Origin: an uncultured Verrucomicrobiae bacterium
GTDB taxonomy: Bacteria > Verrucomicrobiota > Verrucomicrobiia > Chthoniobacterales > JAFAMB01
NCBI GenBank assembly: GCA_963762565.1
Contig: CAVXLD010000007.1
Coordinates: 448,001 to 512,000 of the forward strand
DNA length: 64,000 nt
Direction of reading: 5' to 3'
The position numbers and the translations under genes were made by a program. The notes below the pieces were generated by a model. That model was not told where the DNA came from. It made no database searches and saw only the letters and a list, made by a program, of their open reading frames with translations. Of the stretch, positions 37,647 to 46,720 are shown piece by piece (position 1 is the stretch's first letter; every line of letters begins with the position of its first letter).

Positions 37647-40600
37647 GATGCAGATGCAGAAACGGTTGCCATATTGCCAATATCTTCAATATCTGGCACA
37701 AACTCATCTATAAAGATTTCGCTCCTAGTCCTTCTTATTTGTCTCGTCGGCCTTTCCTGCGACGCCGATTCACAAACTCAAAATAGTCCAGCGAGCAGAG
37801 ATGGAGCTGATCTTGAGGCCCAACTCGCCAAAGCGAAAGAGGCCGGGCAACGAGGGGATTATGTCGAAGCAGAGCGCCTGGCCCAGCAAGCTTTGGGGTT
37901 CGCCCGGACCAAAGCGGATCCGGATGCGTTAATTGCAGCTTTGCACGAGTCGGGGCAGGCCGCGCTAGGCCTGGGACAGTTCGAAAGCGCTCGGAAGGAC
38001 TTTGACGAGGAATTGGAGGTCAATCGCCGGAACCAGAGCGCCAACCCTATTGGGGAAGCGACGGCTCTCGACGACCTTGCCGAACTTTCGAACGCGACCT
38101 GGGACTACGAAGAGGCACTCAAAACCCTCGGAAAAAGCCAAGCTCTTTGCGATCAAAAGAGCGGTGACGGGCGCGTCTTAAATGCGCGGATCCTACAGGA
38201 CCGGGGTGAAGCCGAGATTGGAATTGGCGAATTCGAGAAGGCCGAAGAACCGATCCAAGCCGCTCTCAAGACGTTCACGAGTGAAGGAGCCCAGCGCGAG
38301 ACACTGACTACCCAGGACGAGCTGGCACGGTCGGAGCTGCTTGTGCGAAAGATGGTGGACGCAAAGGCTCTTTTCACCTCTGTTCTCGAGCAGAGGAAAG
38401 CTCTCCTGGGAGAAAAACACCCAGATACCGCAGAAAGCCAGGCATCGCTCGGTTATTATCATTATGTCGAAGGCGACTACGCGGCCGCTGAGCCGTTATT
38501 TCTGAGCGCGATGGAGACTCTGAGGACGGGTCTCGGCCCCGAGAGCCCGCTGTTCCTTTTGGTTGCTAACTACGAAGCGATGTTGAAAATCCGCACGGGG
38601 CAGTTTGCGGAGGCTCAGCAGATTCTCCAAAAAATATTGGACGCCCGGTTGAAGGTATATGGCGAAGACAGCGCCGCGACGGCCGAGACCCTCAACAATT
38701 TGGCTGCCACTTACTGGAAACAAAATAACCTGGAGAAAACTGCCGATTTACTCCGACAGAGCCTGGCTATCACCGAGAAGAAATCAGGAGAAAGCCTCGA
38801 TACTGCGGATACAGCCAACAACCTGGGCCGAGTGCTGGAAAAGCTGAAGAAATACGATGAGGCGGAGAAGTCATTTATTCGCAGTTTAAGTATCCGGCGG
38901 GCGATTCTGCCTGCCGGACATCCGGATACAGACACTTCGGAGTTCACTCTCGCCAGGCTTTACGACGAAGAAGGGAAGTTCGACCAAGCTGAGCCCTTAT
39001 GGACGCAGGGCATCAGCGCAATGAGCGAGCGTCTCGGAACGCTCCATCGAGACCTGATCTTTGGTTATCAAGAGGCCGCGCTGAATCGACTGGAGCTAGG
39101 TCACCGCGATCAGGCGATAGAGCTCATCCGAAAATATGAGCGGGCAAGCGAAGCCCTGCTGGCCAACATTCTGATATTCACCACAGAAGAAGAACGCCTC
39201 GAGTTTACCCGGACCCAGGATCCGTTCTCGCTGCTAGCCACCGCCGATCTGGGCGAGGACCTGGCGAACGCAGTGCTCCGTTGGAAAGGGATCGTCCTCG
39301 ATTCATTGTTGGAAGATAAATTGGTCGCTTCCCAAGAAGGAGATCCGGCCATTAAAGAATTGGCGGCGGAACTCAAAGCTCAATATAGCGCCTTGAATAA
39401 GGTCCCTCGAGGGATCATCGACAGTTCAGGTAACCCACAAACTGCTGCGGCGAACTCGATTGGCGCAAAAATCGACGAGCTACAAAAACAGCTGGCCCTC
39501 AAGGTGAACGGATATGGCTCTGTCCATCGGGCGCTCAAAGTCACCTACCAGGATGTGCAGGCCGCGCTTACTGACCACACGACGCTGGTGGAATTCCTTC
39601 GTTGCAAAACGTATCAGGGGAAAGGCTCTTGGCTGGACGAATATGGGGCTCTGATTATCGTTCAACATGGCGCTCCGAAATGGATTAATCTCGGGGATGC
39701 TGCCGCAATTGATGCCGCGATCCTTCAGTTTCGAAATGCTATTAGCGGAGATCCTAGCAAATTGTATCCGATTTGCCGCCAGCTGTATGACCGGTTAGTC
39801 GGACCTATCCTTGCTCAGCTTCCGTCTGACTACGACCGATTGATTGTTAGTCCGGACGGCCAATTAAATTTCCTGCCGCTTGCAGTTCTGCTGACGCCGA
39901 ACGGCAAGTTTCTAGGTCAGGGTTACACCATCGGTTATGTGGCCAGCGGTCGTGACCTCCTGCGATCAGCGACGCCCCAGTCAGGCGCTAAGGCAATCAA
40001 GATCTTTGCGAACCCGGACTTTGATCCTGCGGCTCCGACGAAGTTAGCGGAAAAGCGTGGTGACGGAACGCCAAATGAAATCTCCCGTGGGCTTGCGCAA
40101 TCTCTTTCCGCGAGTCTGACGCTTGGGACCTTGCCAGGCACAACCACCGAAGCAGACCTAATCCGGCGTGCCGCTGAGAAAAATGGAATCACCGATGTTC
40201 AGATTCTTCAAGGGGACGAAGCGACCAAAACCGCGTTGTTTGACATAAATTCGCCTTGGGTTCTTCATTTGGCAACGCATGCGCTGGTGTTATCGGAAGC
40301 GCAACTTGCGACCGAGAATCCGATGCATCGCTGCGCCCTGGCTTTTACCGGCGCGCAACGGACTCTGCGCGATTGGGCACACGGTGAGTTTCCTGCCCCG
40401 GAAAACGATGGAATCGTCTTGGCTGATGAAGTCGCGCGTATTCCGTTGACAGGCACCTGGCTAGTGACTTTATCCGCTTGCCAGACCGGTATGGGTGAAG
40501 CGGATGTCGGTGAAGGAGTCCTCGGACTCCGCCGTGGATTCACCATGGCAGGTGCTGAAAATCTTTTGCTGACTCTCTGGCAGATTCCGGATTCCGATAC

Positions 40601-40775
40601 GGCCGAATTTATGTCCTCATTTTATCGGGCTGCGTTTGCCAAACATGACGCCCTGGCCGCACTGACCGAAACCCAGCGCGAAGCTTTGGTCCGTATCAGG
40701 CAAGAGGAAAGTCTCGGCGCCGCCATTCAAAAAGCGGGGCCGTTTGTGCTGACGGTGCAAGCGGGATTGAAATGA
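37629..40775 (+). CDS. Exported TPR-repeat CHAT-domain (caspase-like) protease 1
   Basis: Hydrophobic signal segment; many TPR repeats (LGEKHPDTA, TLNNLA); CHAT motifs SPDGQLNFLP, LHLATH, LVTLSACQTG, GLRRGF..AGA; start uncertain (37629 or TTG 37674). Confidence 0.9.
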   Translation: MRPFVTDADAETVAILPISSISGTNSSIKISLLVLLICLVGLSCDADSQTQNSPASRDGADLEAQLAKAKEAGQRGDYVEAERLAQQALGFARTKADPDALIAALHESGQAALGLGQFESARKDFDEELEVNRRNQSANPIGEATALDDLAELSNATWDYEEALKTLGKSQALCDQKSGDGRVLNARILQDRGEAEIGIGEFEKAEEPIQAALKTFTSEGAQRETLTTQDELARSELLVRKMVDAKALFTSVLEQRKALLGEKHPDTAESQASLGYYHYVEGDYAAAEPLFLSAMETLRTGLGPESPLFLLVANYEAMLKIRTGQFAEAQQILQKILDARLKVYGEDSAATAETLNNLAATYWKQNNLEKTADLLRQSLAITEKKSGESLDTADTANNLGRVLEKLKKYDEAEKSFIRSLSIRRAILPAGHPDTDTSEFTLARLYDEEGKFDQAEPLWTQGISAMSERLGTLHRDLIFGYQEAALNRLELGHRDQAIELIRKYERASEALLANILIFTTEEERLEFTRTQDPFSLLATADLGEDLANAVLRWKGIVLDSLLEDKLVASQEGDPAIKELAAELKAQYSALNKVPRGIIDSSGNPQTAAANSIGAKIDELQKQLALKVNGYGSVHRALKVTYQDVQAALTDHTTLVEFLRCKTYQGKGSWLDEYGALIIVQHGAPKWINLGDAAAIDAAILQFRNAISGDPSKLYPICRQLYDRLVGPILAQLPSDYDRLIVSPDGQLNFLPLAVLLTPNGKFLGQGYTIGYVASGRDLLRSATPQSGAKAIKIFANPDFDPAAPTKLAEKRGDGTPNEISRGLAQSLSASLTLGTLPGTTTEADLIRRAAEKNGITDVQILQGDEATKTALFDINSPWVLHLATHALVLSEAQLATENPMHRCALAFTGAQRTLRDWAHGEFPAPENDGIVLADEVARIPLTGTWLVTLSACQTGMGEADVGEGVLGLRRGFTMAGAENLLLTLWQIPDSDTAEFMSSFYRAAFAKHDALAALTETQREALVRIRQEESLGAAIQKAGPFVLTVQAGLK

Positions 40776-40884
40776 AAACGAAAAATGTAACCGATGGTGA
40801 GTCCGCGAGTCAGAGGTCGCTTACATGGTCGGTCCGCCCCAAGCAATGTTGCCGACTTCGTGGGCCCACTCTCTTAACTGATCG

Positions 40885-43362
40885 ATGAAAGAGCGCCTCT
40901 CTCCGGTTGTTTTTTCGCTATTGCTTGCCTCTATCGCAGTCGCGCAGCAGAACTCTAGTCAATTGCTCGACGCTGGTTTTACCACGCCGATGTTTGAGTA
41001 CCGACTGGCTTTGCGTAGTGCCTGCCACAAACTAAACGTGGCTCTCAGGGAGGAAGCCGGTGGCTACCACGGAAACGGTCAGGACCTTCTGTTTGCTCAG
41101 GCCATGGTTTCAATCGGTCAACTACTCGATGATTCCTGGTTAACTCTAGTTGGATTCCACTACTGGGGTAATATCGAGCTGTACCAAGCAAAATATCCGG
41201 CCGCACTTGAGCATAGCAAAGCGGCTCTTCGATGTCTTGCTCCCCGGTTTGATATTGACCATCCGGCAACCATCGACTTTGCGAAACTGTCCCAGATCGA
41301 CTTCAAGAATGCCGCTGCCCTGCAGTTTGACGAAATCGCGGTTATTTTTACTAACTGGCAAAAGTTTGATTCTGCTGCGGAATACGCTCGGGCGGCGATC
41401 AAACTTTTGCGACTGGAGAAACCGGGTAACGACGCTCTGCTGGCTAATGCCACGGACCTTTGCGCGACTGCTCTTGAGCAACAGGGACGCTGGACCGAGG
41501 CCCTTCATGGTTACGAAGACGCTAGAGACGTATTAGTTGCTACGCTGGCCAAGCTATCTCCATCCGACCGAATAGCGGCTTCCGACACCAAGTTGGTGCT
41601 GGCTGATACGTGGCGTTCAATCGGATACCTCAAATTGGAACATCTTCAGCGCTCTGATAGACCCGAGGCTCTAACTGATTTTCGGGAGAGTCTGCGTCTA
41701 GCGGAGGAGCTGCGTACTCCCTACGAGGTTACTGAAGGAAAACTTGCGTTGGCGATCTATTTCTACGAGACCGGTGATCTCGATCAATCCCTTTCCTGGG
41801 CCAACGCCGCTGCGGCGTTAGCCGACCCAAGTGCGCAGGGCAGCAACGCTGACACGTTATGGAAAGCGCTTTCTATCCAGGGAAAATGTCTAATCGGATT
41901 GCAGCGATTTGAACAGGCTGAGACGGTGCTTCGCCAAGCAGTCGACGTTATCGAGGGGATGCGCAAGGAAGCGGGGATCGATCGCAGTTCCGCGTCGAGT
42001 TTTTACGACAGTATCGCCTGGTTCTTCGCGGAAAAGACCGGAGCATATGTGGCGCTTGCGCAACTTTTTGCCGACCAAAACCGGAATCTCGATGCGTTGA
42101 AATACACTGAGCTTTCGAGGCAACGAGCTCTGTTGGATGCGCTGGCTAAAACCGGATCCGTAGATGAAACAGCGCAGCCTTCCTTTGTGCGTAATGAGAT
42201 AGGAGCTGCCGGGTTAAGTGAATTAATTCCAGACGAGAATACCGCCATCGTCGAATACTTGTTAGGAGCCGACCGCGGTTACGCTTTTGTGCTGAAGAGG
42301 TCCAAGTCGCCTTTGCCGGTCACAATAACGGCAGTTCCGCTAACCTACCCAAAAGTAGTTCAATCGAGTTCTTTGAGCAGTTCGCTGCAATCACTTGACG
42401 CGCTGGTTGATCACTTCCGCAATCAGATAGAAAAGAGCTATGCTGCTTATCCCAAAGAGCAGGCCGAAGCCCTCTTCAATTGCTTGATCGCTCCGATTGT
42501 GCCCGACATAGCCAACGAACGCGCGGTCGTTTTTGTTCCCGCAGGCAAACTCTGGGAACTTCCGTTTCAGGCGTTGCCTGCAATCGATAAGGAAAAGCAT
42601 CGATATCTGATAGAAGACTTCGCAGTTTCGTACGCGCCCTCTCTAGCTGTGCTTTCTCATCTGCGAGCAGTGCCTCGTCCTGCTTTATCGCGAAGCTGGA
42701 TGTTGGCGATAGGGCAACCCACTATCAAACAGGACGAACCGGAGAATTTTAAGGAGATCACTGGCACCGGGGAAATCGTTCAAGATCTGGCGACCCTATT
42801 TGGCTCTGATGTCGTTAAAAGCTATACGGGTGCGGAAGCGACTAAAGCCAATTTTATGGCTGAGGCTCCGTCAAAGCCGGTCATATTTCTGGCTACCCAT
42901 GCGTTCCTCGATGGTGAAGATCCCCTTAGTTCCTACTTTTTACTTAGTCCGATGCCGAGTCAGTCTGGTAGTGAACGTTTAACTACCTCCGAGATCTTAT
43001 CAATGGGGCTGGCCAGCCGCATGGCGCTTCTGTTTGCCTGCGATACGGAGCGCGGACGGATTGTCCAAGGCGAAGGCGAGATCGGTCTAGCCTGGGCTTT
43101 TCTCCATGGGGGCTGCCTGGCGACGTTAGTGAGTCAATGGCCGGTGGAATTAAGGGCGACAGCAAAACTTTCTTACTTTTTCATGAGCGATCTGAAGAGG
43201 GAACTGAATACATCGAGCGAGACGGCTTTTTCAATTTCAGAGTTGCTGCGCGATGCGCAATTACGACTGTTAAATACCGACGAGTTCAACCATCCTTTCT
43301 ACTGGGCGGGAATGGTGTTAGTGGGCGATCCCAACTGGCGTTCGCAGTCGATTACTCCTTGA
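40885..43362 (+). CDS. Exported TPR-repeat CHAT-domain protease 2
   Basis: Signal peptide AVA-Q; TPR helices; VP.G.LW.LPF.AL, SYAPS, FLATH, LFACDT, SQWPV, HPFYWAG.VLVGD. Confidence 0.9.
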   Translation: MKERLSPVVFSLLLASIAVAQQNSSQLLDAGFTTPMFEYRLALRSACHKLNVALREEAGGYHGNGQDLLFAQAMVSIGQLLDDSWLTLVGFHYWGNIELYQAKYPAALEHSKAALRCLAPRFDIDHPATIDFAKLSQIDFKNAAALQFDEIAVIFTNWQKFDSAAEYARAAIKLLRLEKPGNDALLANATDLCATALEQQGRWTEALHGYEDARDVLVATLAKLSPSDRIAASDTKLVLADTWRSIGYLKLEHLQRSDRPEALTDFRESLRLAEELRTPYEVTEGKLALAIYFYETGDLDQSLSWANAAAALADPSAQGSNADTLWKALSIQGKCLIGLQRFEQAETVLRQAVDVIEGMRKEAGIDRSSASSFYDSIAWFFAEKTGAYVALAQLFADQNRNLDALKYTELSRQRALLDALAKTGSVDETAQPSFVRNEIGAAGLSELIPDENTAIVEYLLGADRGYAFVLKRSKSPLPVTITAVPLTYPKVVQSSSLSSSLQSLDALVDHFRNQIEKSYAAYPKEQAEALFNCLIAPIVPDIANERAVVFVPAGKLWELPFQALPAIDKEKHRYLIEDFAVSYAPSLAVLSHLRAVPRPALSRSWMLAIGQPTIKQDEPENFKEITGTGEIVQDLATLFGSDVVKSYTGAEATKANFMAEAPSKPVIFLATHAFLDGEDPLSSYFLLSPMPSQSGSERLTTSEILSMGLASRMALLFACDTERGRIVQGEGEIGLAWAFLHGGCLATLVSQWPVELRATAKLSYFFMSDLKRELNTSSETAFSISELLRDAQLRLLNTDEFNHPFYWAGMVLVGDPNWRSQSITP

Positions 43363-44659
43363 GCCGACGGATCTCTCCAATCATGCGATTCAGGAGGTCT
43401 TTGGCAGCAGAGGTCTGGCCGGGCTCGGCTAACAGGCTCTCGAAATCAGCTTGGGCATCATCGAGAAGACCAGCCTTTAGATTCAACAAGCCGTCCAGCA
43501 AGCGGTCGCTACCAATCTCTCTTTTCGACGTGTTCAATTGAGCCACCTCTCCTTGGCTTAACTCAGCAAATTTTGCTTGGGGTTCTTCCACGCCGGGAGC
43601 ATCGATTTCCTGATCGTTTCGAACGGCCGTCACGTACCAGCGGTAACGCACACCTGAAGTAAGGGATATCGACTCGGGTATCGACCATTCACAAGTATTT
43701 GAGTCCGCCGTTGGCGCAGGAATAGCGGGACTAGTTGCGACCTCTTCCTGAGTTCGGTCGTCGGCAATCACATGAACTATGTAAGCGGTCGCACCTGGCG
43801 CAGCAGCCCATTTGAACGCCGGCCGCTCAGAGCTTATCAGGGTGCGATTCGGGCTAATCACATGAAAAGGAGGCTTGGCTGGCGATTGGCCAAGCAAAAC
43901 TGAAGGGGGCCTCTTTAGATTATCTAACGCGTCTTTAACGCTCTGCGAAAACTCGGGGGTCTCGTCCCGCGAGACTGAGCTTACCAGGTTGTTCATCTCA
44001 GCCAGCTCTTTCTTTGGCAGAGCAGCGGGCGGATTTTTGATTTCGTTCGCTTCGAACGCGATGTGGTGATCCCCGTCGAGCACCGCGATTTGTAGCCTCG
44101 ATCCGATGTCCGCAACCCCGGGCGTCGATGGGGAGCGAACTACGATAATGCCTATCGCTACGATAAGCGCAGCGGCCGCGGCCGTGCCCGCGAGGATCAA
44201 CGGCTGCTTGAACCAGGCAAGAAATCCGAGTTTGTCGCGGAGAAAACCCAATGCGCCACCAGATTCAGGGGTGGCTGAGGCAGACGACCAGGAGCTGGTC
44301 CCCGGCGTGTACTCCCGGCGAGGTGTCTGCAGTAGCTCTTCGCGAAAAGGCTTAAGGTCCGCCAAGCTGCGTTGGCAGAGCTCGCAAGTCCCAAGATGTG
44401 CCTCCAGGTCAACCCTGTCCGAACGAGTTAGATCGTCGTCCAAATAGGCTCCCAGCGTATCGGCTGAAGGATGTTCCTCGTTCGGCGTTTCCGGCAAAAC
44501 AGCGTCAACAAGCGAACCGGGCTTAGTCGTTCTCAAAGCCGATAGTTGCTCCCGGCAAGCGTCGCATTCTCGAAGATGTTTGATGACATCGAGAGTCTCC
44601 TCCGGGGAAAGTAACCGCGCCAGGAAGCGATGCTGTAGTTGTTCGGAAATGTGATCCAT
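43352..44659 (-). CDS. Tandem zf-HC2 (ZAS) anti-sigma-like membrane protein, paralog 2
   Basis: KHLRECDAC and AHLGTCELC; TM PLILAGTAAAAALIVAIGIIVV; C-terminal P.F.W...Y.W.V beta domain; N-terminus clearly homologous to the 36303 gene. Confidence 0.8.
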   Translation of the reverse strand: MDHISEQLQHRFLARLLSPEETLDVIKHLRECDACREQLSALRTTKPGSLVDAVLPETPNEEHPSADTLGAYLDDDLTRSDRVDLEAHLGTCELCQRSLADLKPFREELLQTPRREYTPGTSSWSSASATPESGGALGFLRDKLGFLAWFKQPLILAGTAAAAALIVAIGIIVVRSPSTPGVADIGSRLQIAVLDGDHHIAFEANEIKNPPAALPKKELAEMNNLVSSVSRDETPEFSQSVKDALDNLKRPPSVLLGQSPAKPPFHVISPNRTLISSERPAFKWAAAPGATAYIVHVIADDRTQEEVATSPAIPAPTADSNTCEWSIPESISLTSGVRYRWYVTAVRNDQEIDAPGVEEPQAKFAELSQGEVAQLNTSKREIGSDRLLDGLLNLKAGLLDDAQADFESLLAEPGQTSAAKDLLNRMIGEIRRLKE

Positions 44660-44695
44660 CTATCTAGCCAGAATCTCGCGTCCGAGCACGAGCCC

Positions 44696-44720
44696 GTGAC
44701 GCAAATCGTCCTTATTTACA
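44696..44720 (-). promoter_or_regulatory. Conserved upstream motif TGTAAATAAGGACGATTTGCGTCAC
   Basis: Matches the 37620-37646 motif. Confidence 0.5.
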
Positions 44721-44764
44721 TTAGAGATGAAGAAATACGGATCATATTGGTAATAATTTTGAGG

Positions 44765-45021
44765 TTAACCGCGAATGGACGCGAATCGGAACCGCGAATG
44801 CACACGAATGAATAGCCGCAAAAGAACGCAAAGAACGCAAAAATGAGAAAGATTCCCTCGTGATGAGGGTCTTAGGGGACTCAACGACTGAGGCGTGAGA
44901 TGCCGAGTCCGTTCCTTTTGAGGCCGGTTCCTTTTTTCGCGTAAATCCGTATCCATTCGCGGTTGATTTTATCTGCCTCTATCTGCGTTCATCTGCGGTT
45001 GAACTTCGTTGCGTTCTTTGT
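44765..45021. repeat. REP-like palindromic cluster (AACCGCGAAT.., AGCCGCAAAAGAACGCAAAGAACGCAA arm); the right arm is split by the mobile element
   Basis: aaccgcgaatgga / tccattcgcggtt pair; arm at 44808-44840 complementary to 45009-45021 joined to 46709-46728. Confidence 0.8.
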
Positions 45022-46705
45022 ACTGCAATAACAACATTTCGTTCGTTTTCGCGAGGATTTTAGGCCGCCATTTTGGTAAGCTGGTCGACGTCGCAGTGGC
45101 GTGCGGCAAGCAAAGCGGTGACGATACGTTGTCCGGTTTTTGTGAGGTGGTAACGATGAGTGCCGGAGACTTTTTGCAGGATTCCATGAGCGCGCAACAG
45201 TGCCAGGCGGCGGGTGATGGCAGCGGCTTGGCGAAGTTGTAGCTTTTTATTAGGGGTCTTGGAGTGAAGCAGTTTTCGTAAATCGCGGTTGCGCAACCCA
45301 TTCAAGCGGAACTCACCCCGATTGATCGCTTCCAATAGCGCACCATCCTCATCGGTCCAGGGGTTGAGAGCACGGTAACGTTGGCCCTTAAGAACTACGG
45401 CTCGGCAAACGCCTAGTGCTTCTTGGTAAAGAGGGGTTTTGCCCGTTGTGCTAGCTAAGGCTTGGAGATAGCGCCGATTAGCAGCTTGGCTGACTTGAGC
45501 TCTTCGCCATAGATCGGCAACTCCAAAGCGCAACGGCAGCCACTTGAGCACTTGCTCGGGATCTCCCTCACTAGCCCGATAAACCTTAAACTGTTTGGGG
45601 TCATTAATGGTGGTCTCTACGCGCAAAATCAGGGCTTGCTTGTCGTAGAGCTTAAGTGAGTTGGCGTTGACACTATGGCGGAGGCGAACTCCTTCGGGTC
45701 GCTGCTTCAGGGTGCTGGTCACTTGACCCTGACATCGAGTTGGCCGGCGCTGGCCAAGGAAGCGCAGCACGTCGGGGCTAGCAAAACTACTAATGCCGTG
45801 ATGTAAAAACTGTGGGTAAAGTGCAGCTAGACTCCTGGCATCTTTAAAAAGCAGATCGGTGGCGTACTCGCTTTGGGCCGCGCTCCAGTAATAACCCTGA
45901 CCCAAAGGAGCGCAGAGCTCGGAGTGTAAGGGATGGCATTGATCAAGCAGAGCGTTTAAGACTTGGGGCCAGTCGGTGTGCAGTTGTTCATCAAGCAGGG
46001 CCTGTGCTGCCACCGCATCCTTTAGTTTGATAAAGCAGTTGTCCGCCTTTTGATACCTCAGCCCGGCTCGATCCATTTGCCGAGCTAACCACTCCCGACC
46101 ATTGAGGCAGACTTCCACTGTAAAAGGAAACCAACTCTGCACCCGTACATGCATCAGTCCAAAATCGGCATGCATGAAGTAGTGATAAAAGTGGGTACAC
46201 ATCCGAGGCTCGATCACTAGATGAATCTCTTTGCTGGTTCGATCACCTCGTACCGAATAGGAATAGCAAGGTTCCTTAGCGCTAAAGAGCACGATCAAGC
46301 CCTTCTTTATCCTGTCCTCTAAAGCAATCTGGCGTGCGTAGTCCTCTTTGGATAGTTTTGGACTGCTCAAATACTGCGCCGGTCGCTTGGCGGCTGCTGC
46401 GGCGCGGTAAGCTGCGGCCTTGACTTTGGCGGTCACACTCTCGGCAAAGTGTTTAAACTCCTTGATGAGCACTCCACAACTGCACAGATAACGTTCCATG
46501 GCCGCGGGCTGAAACAGCAGCCGTAGTGTTCCTCTAAACCGAATCCGGTCGAATCCAGAAAGAATCCCCGTGACGTTCTCTCCAAATTTGCTAAGAAAGC
46601 TCTCTGGAACCCCGTGGGTCGCTGGTATTGGTTGAGTCTTCACACACCAGCTTTTATCAAGCCCCCACGGTGTTCCACCATGATTTGGTTGCGGCTTTGC
46701 CGCGC
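45022..46705 (-). mobile_element. Insertion element without terminal inverted repeats, inserted into a REP arm; flanked by TGT direct repeats, with a terminal GCGGC-TTT-GCCGC hairpin
   Basis: Removing it restores a 33-nt arm matching 44808-44840 at 31/33 positions; TGT at 45019-45021 and 46706-46708; single large ORF. Confidence 0.8.
45060..46643 (-). CDS. Putative transposase/relaxase-like protein (Rep_trans-like YDK...RVE motif, C-terminal winged HTH)
   Basis: GFDRIRFRGTL, SLKLYDKQ..ILRVETTIN, C-terminal ITRRLALLRAHGILQKV..THRYHLT; fills the element. Confidence 0.7.
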   Translation of the reverse strand: MKTQPIPATHGVPESFLSKFGENVTGILSGFDRIRFRGTLRLLFQPAAMERYLCSCGVLIKEFKHFAESVTAKVKAAAYRAAAAAKRPAQYLSSPKLSKEDYARQIALEDRIKKGLIVLFSAKEPCYSYSVRGDRTSKEIHLVIEPRMCTHFYHYFMHADFGLMHVRVQSWFPFTVEVCLNGREWLARQMDRAGLRYQKADNCFIKLKDAVAAQALLDEQLHTDWPQVLNALLDQCHPLHSELCAPLGQGYYWSAAQSEYATDLLFKDARSLAALYPQFLHHGISSFASPDVLRFLGQRRPTRCQGQVTSTLKQRPEGVRLRHSVNANSLKLYDKQALILRVETTINDPKQFKVYRASEGDPEQVLKWLPLRFGVADLWRRAQVSQAANRRYLQALASTTGKTPLYQEALGVCRAVVLKGQRYRALNPWTDEDGALLEAINRGEFRLNGLRNRDLRKLLHSKTPNKKLQLRQAAAITRRLALLRAHGILQKVSGTHRYHLTKTGQRIVTALLAARHCDVDQLTKMAA

Positions 46706-46720
46706 TGTGCTCTTTTGCGG

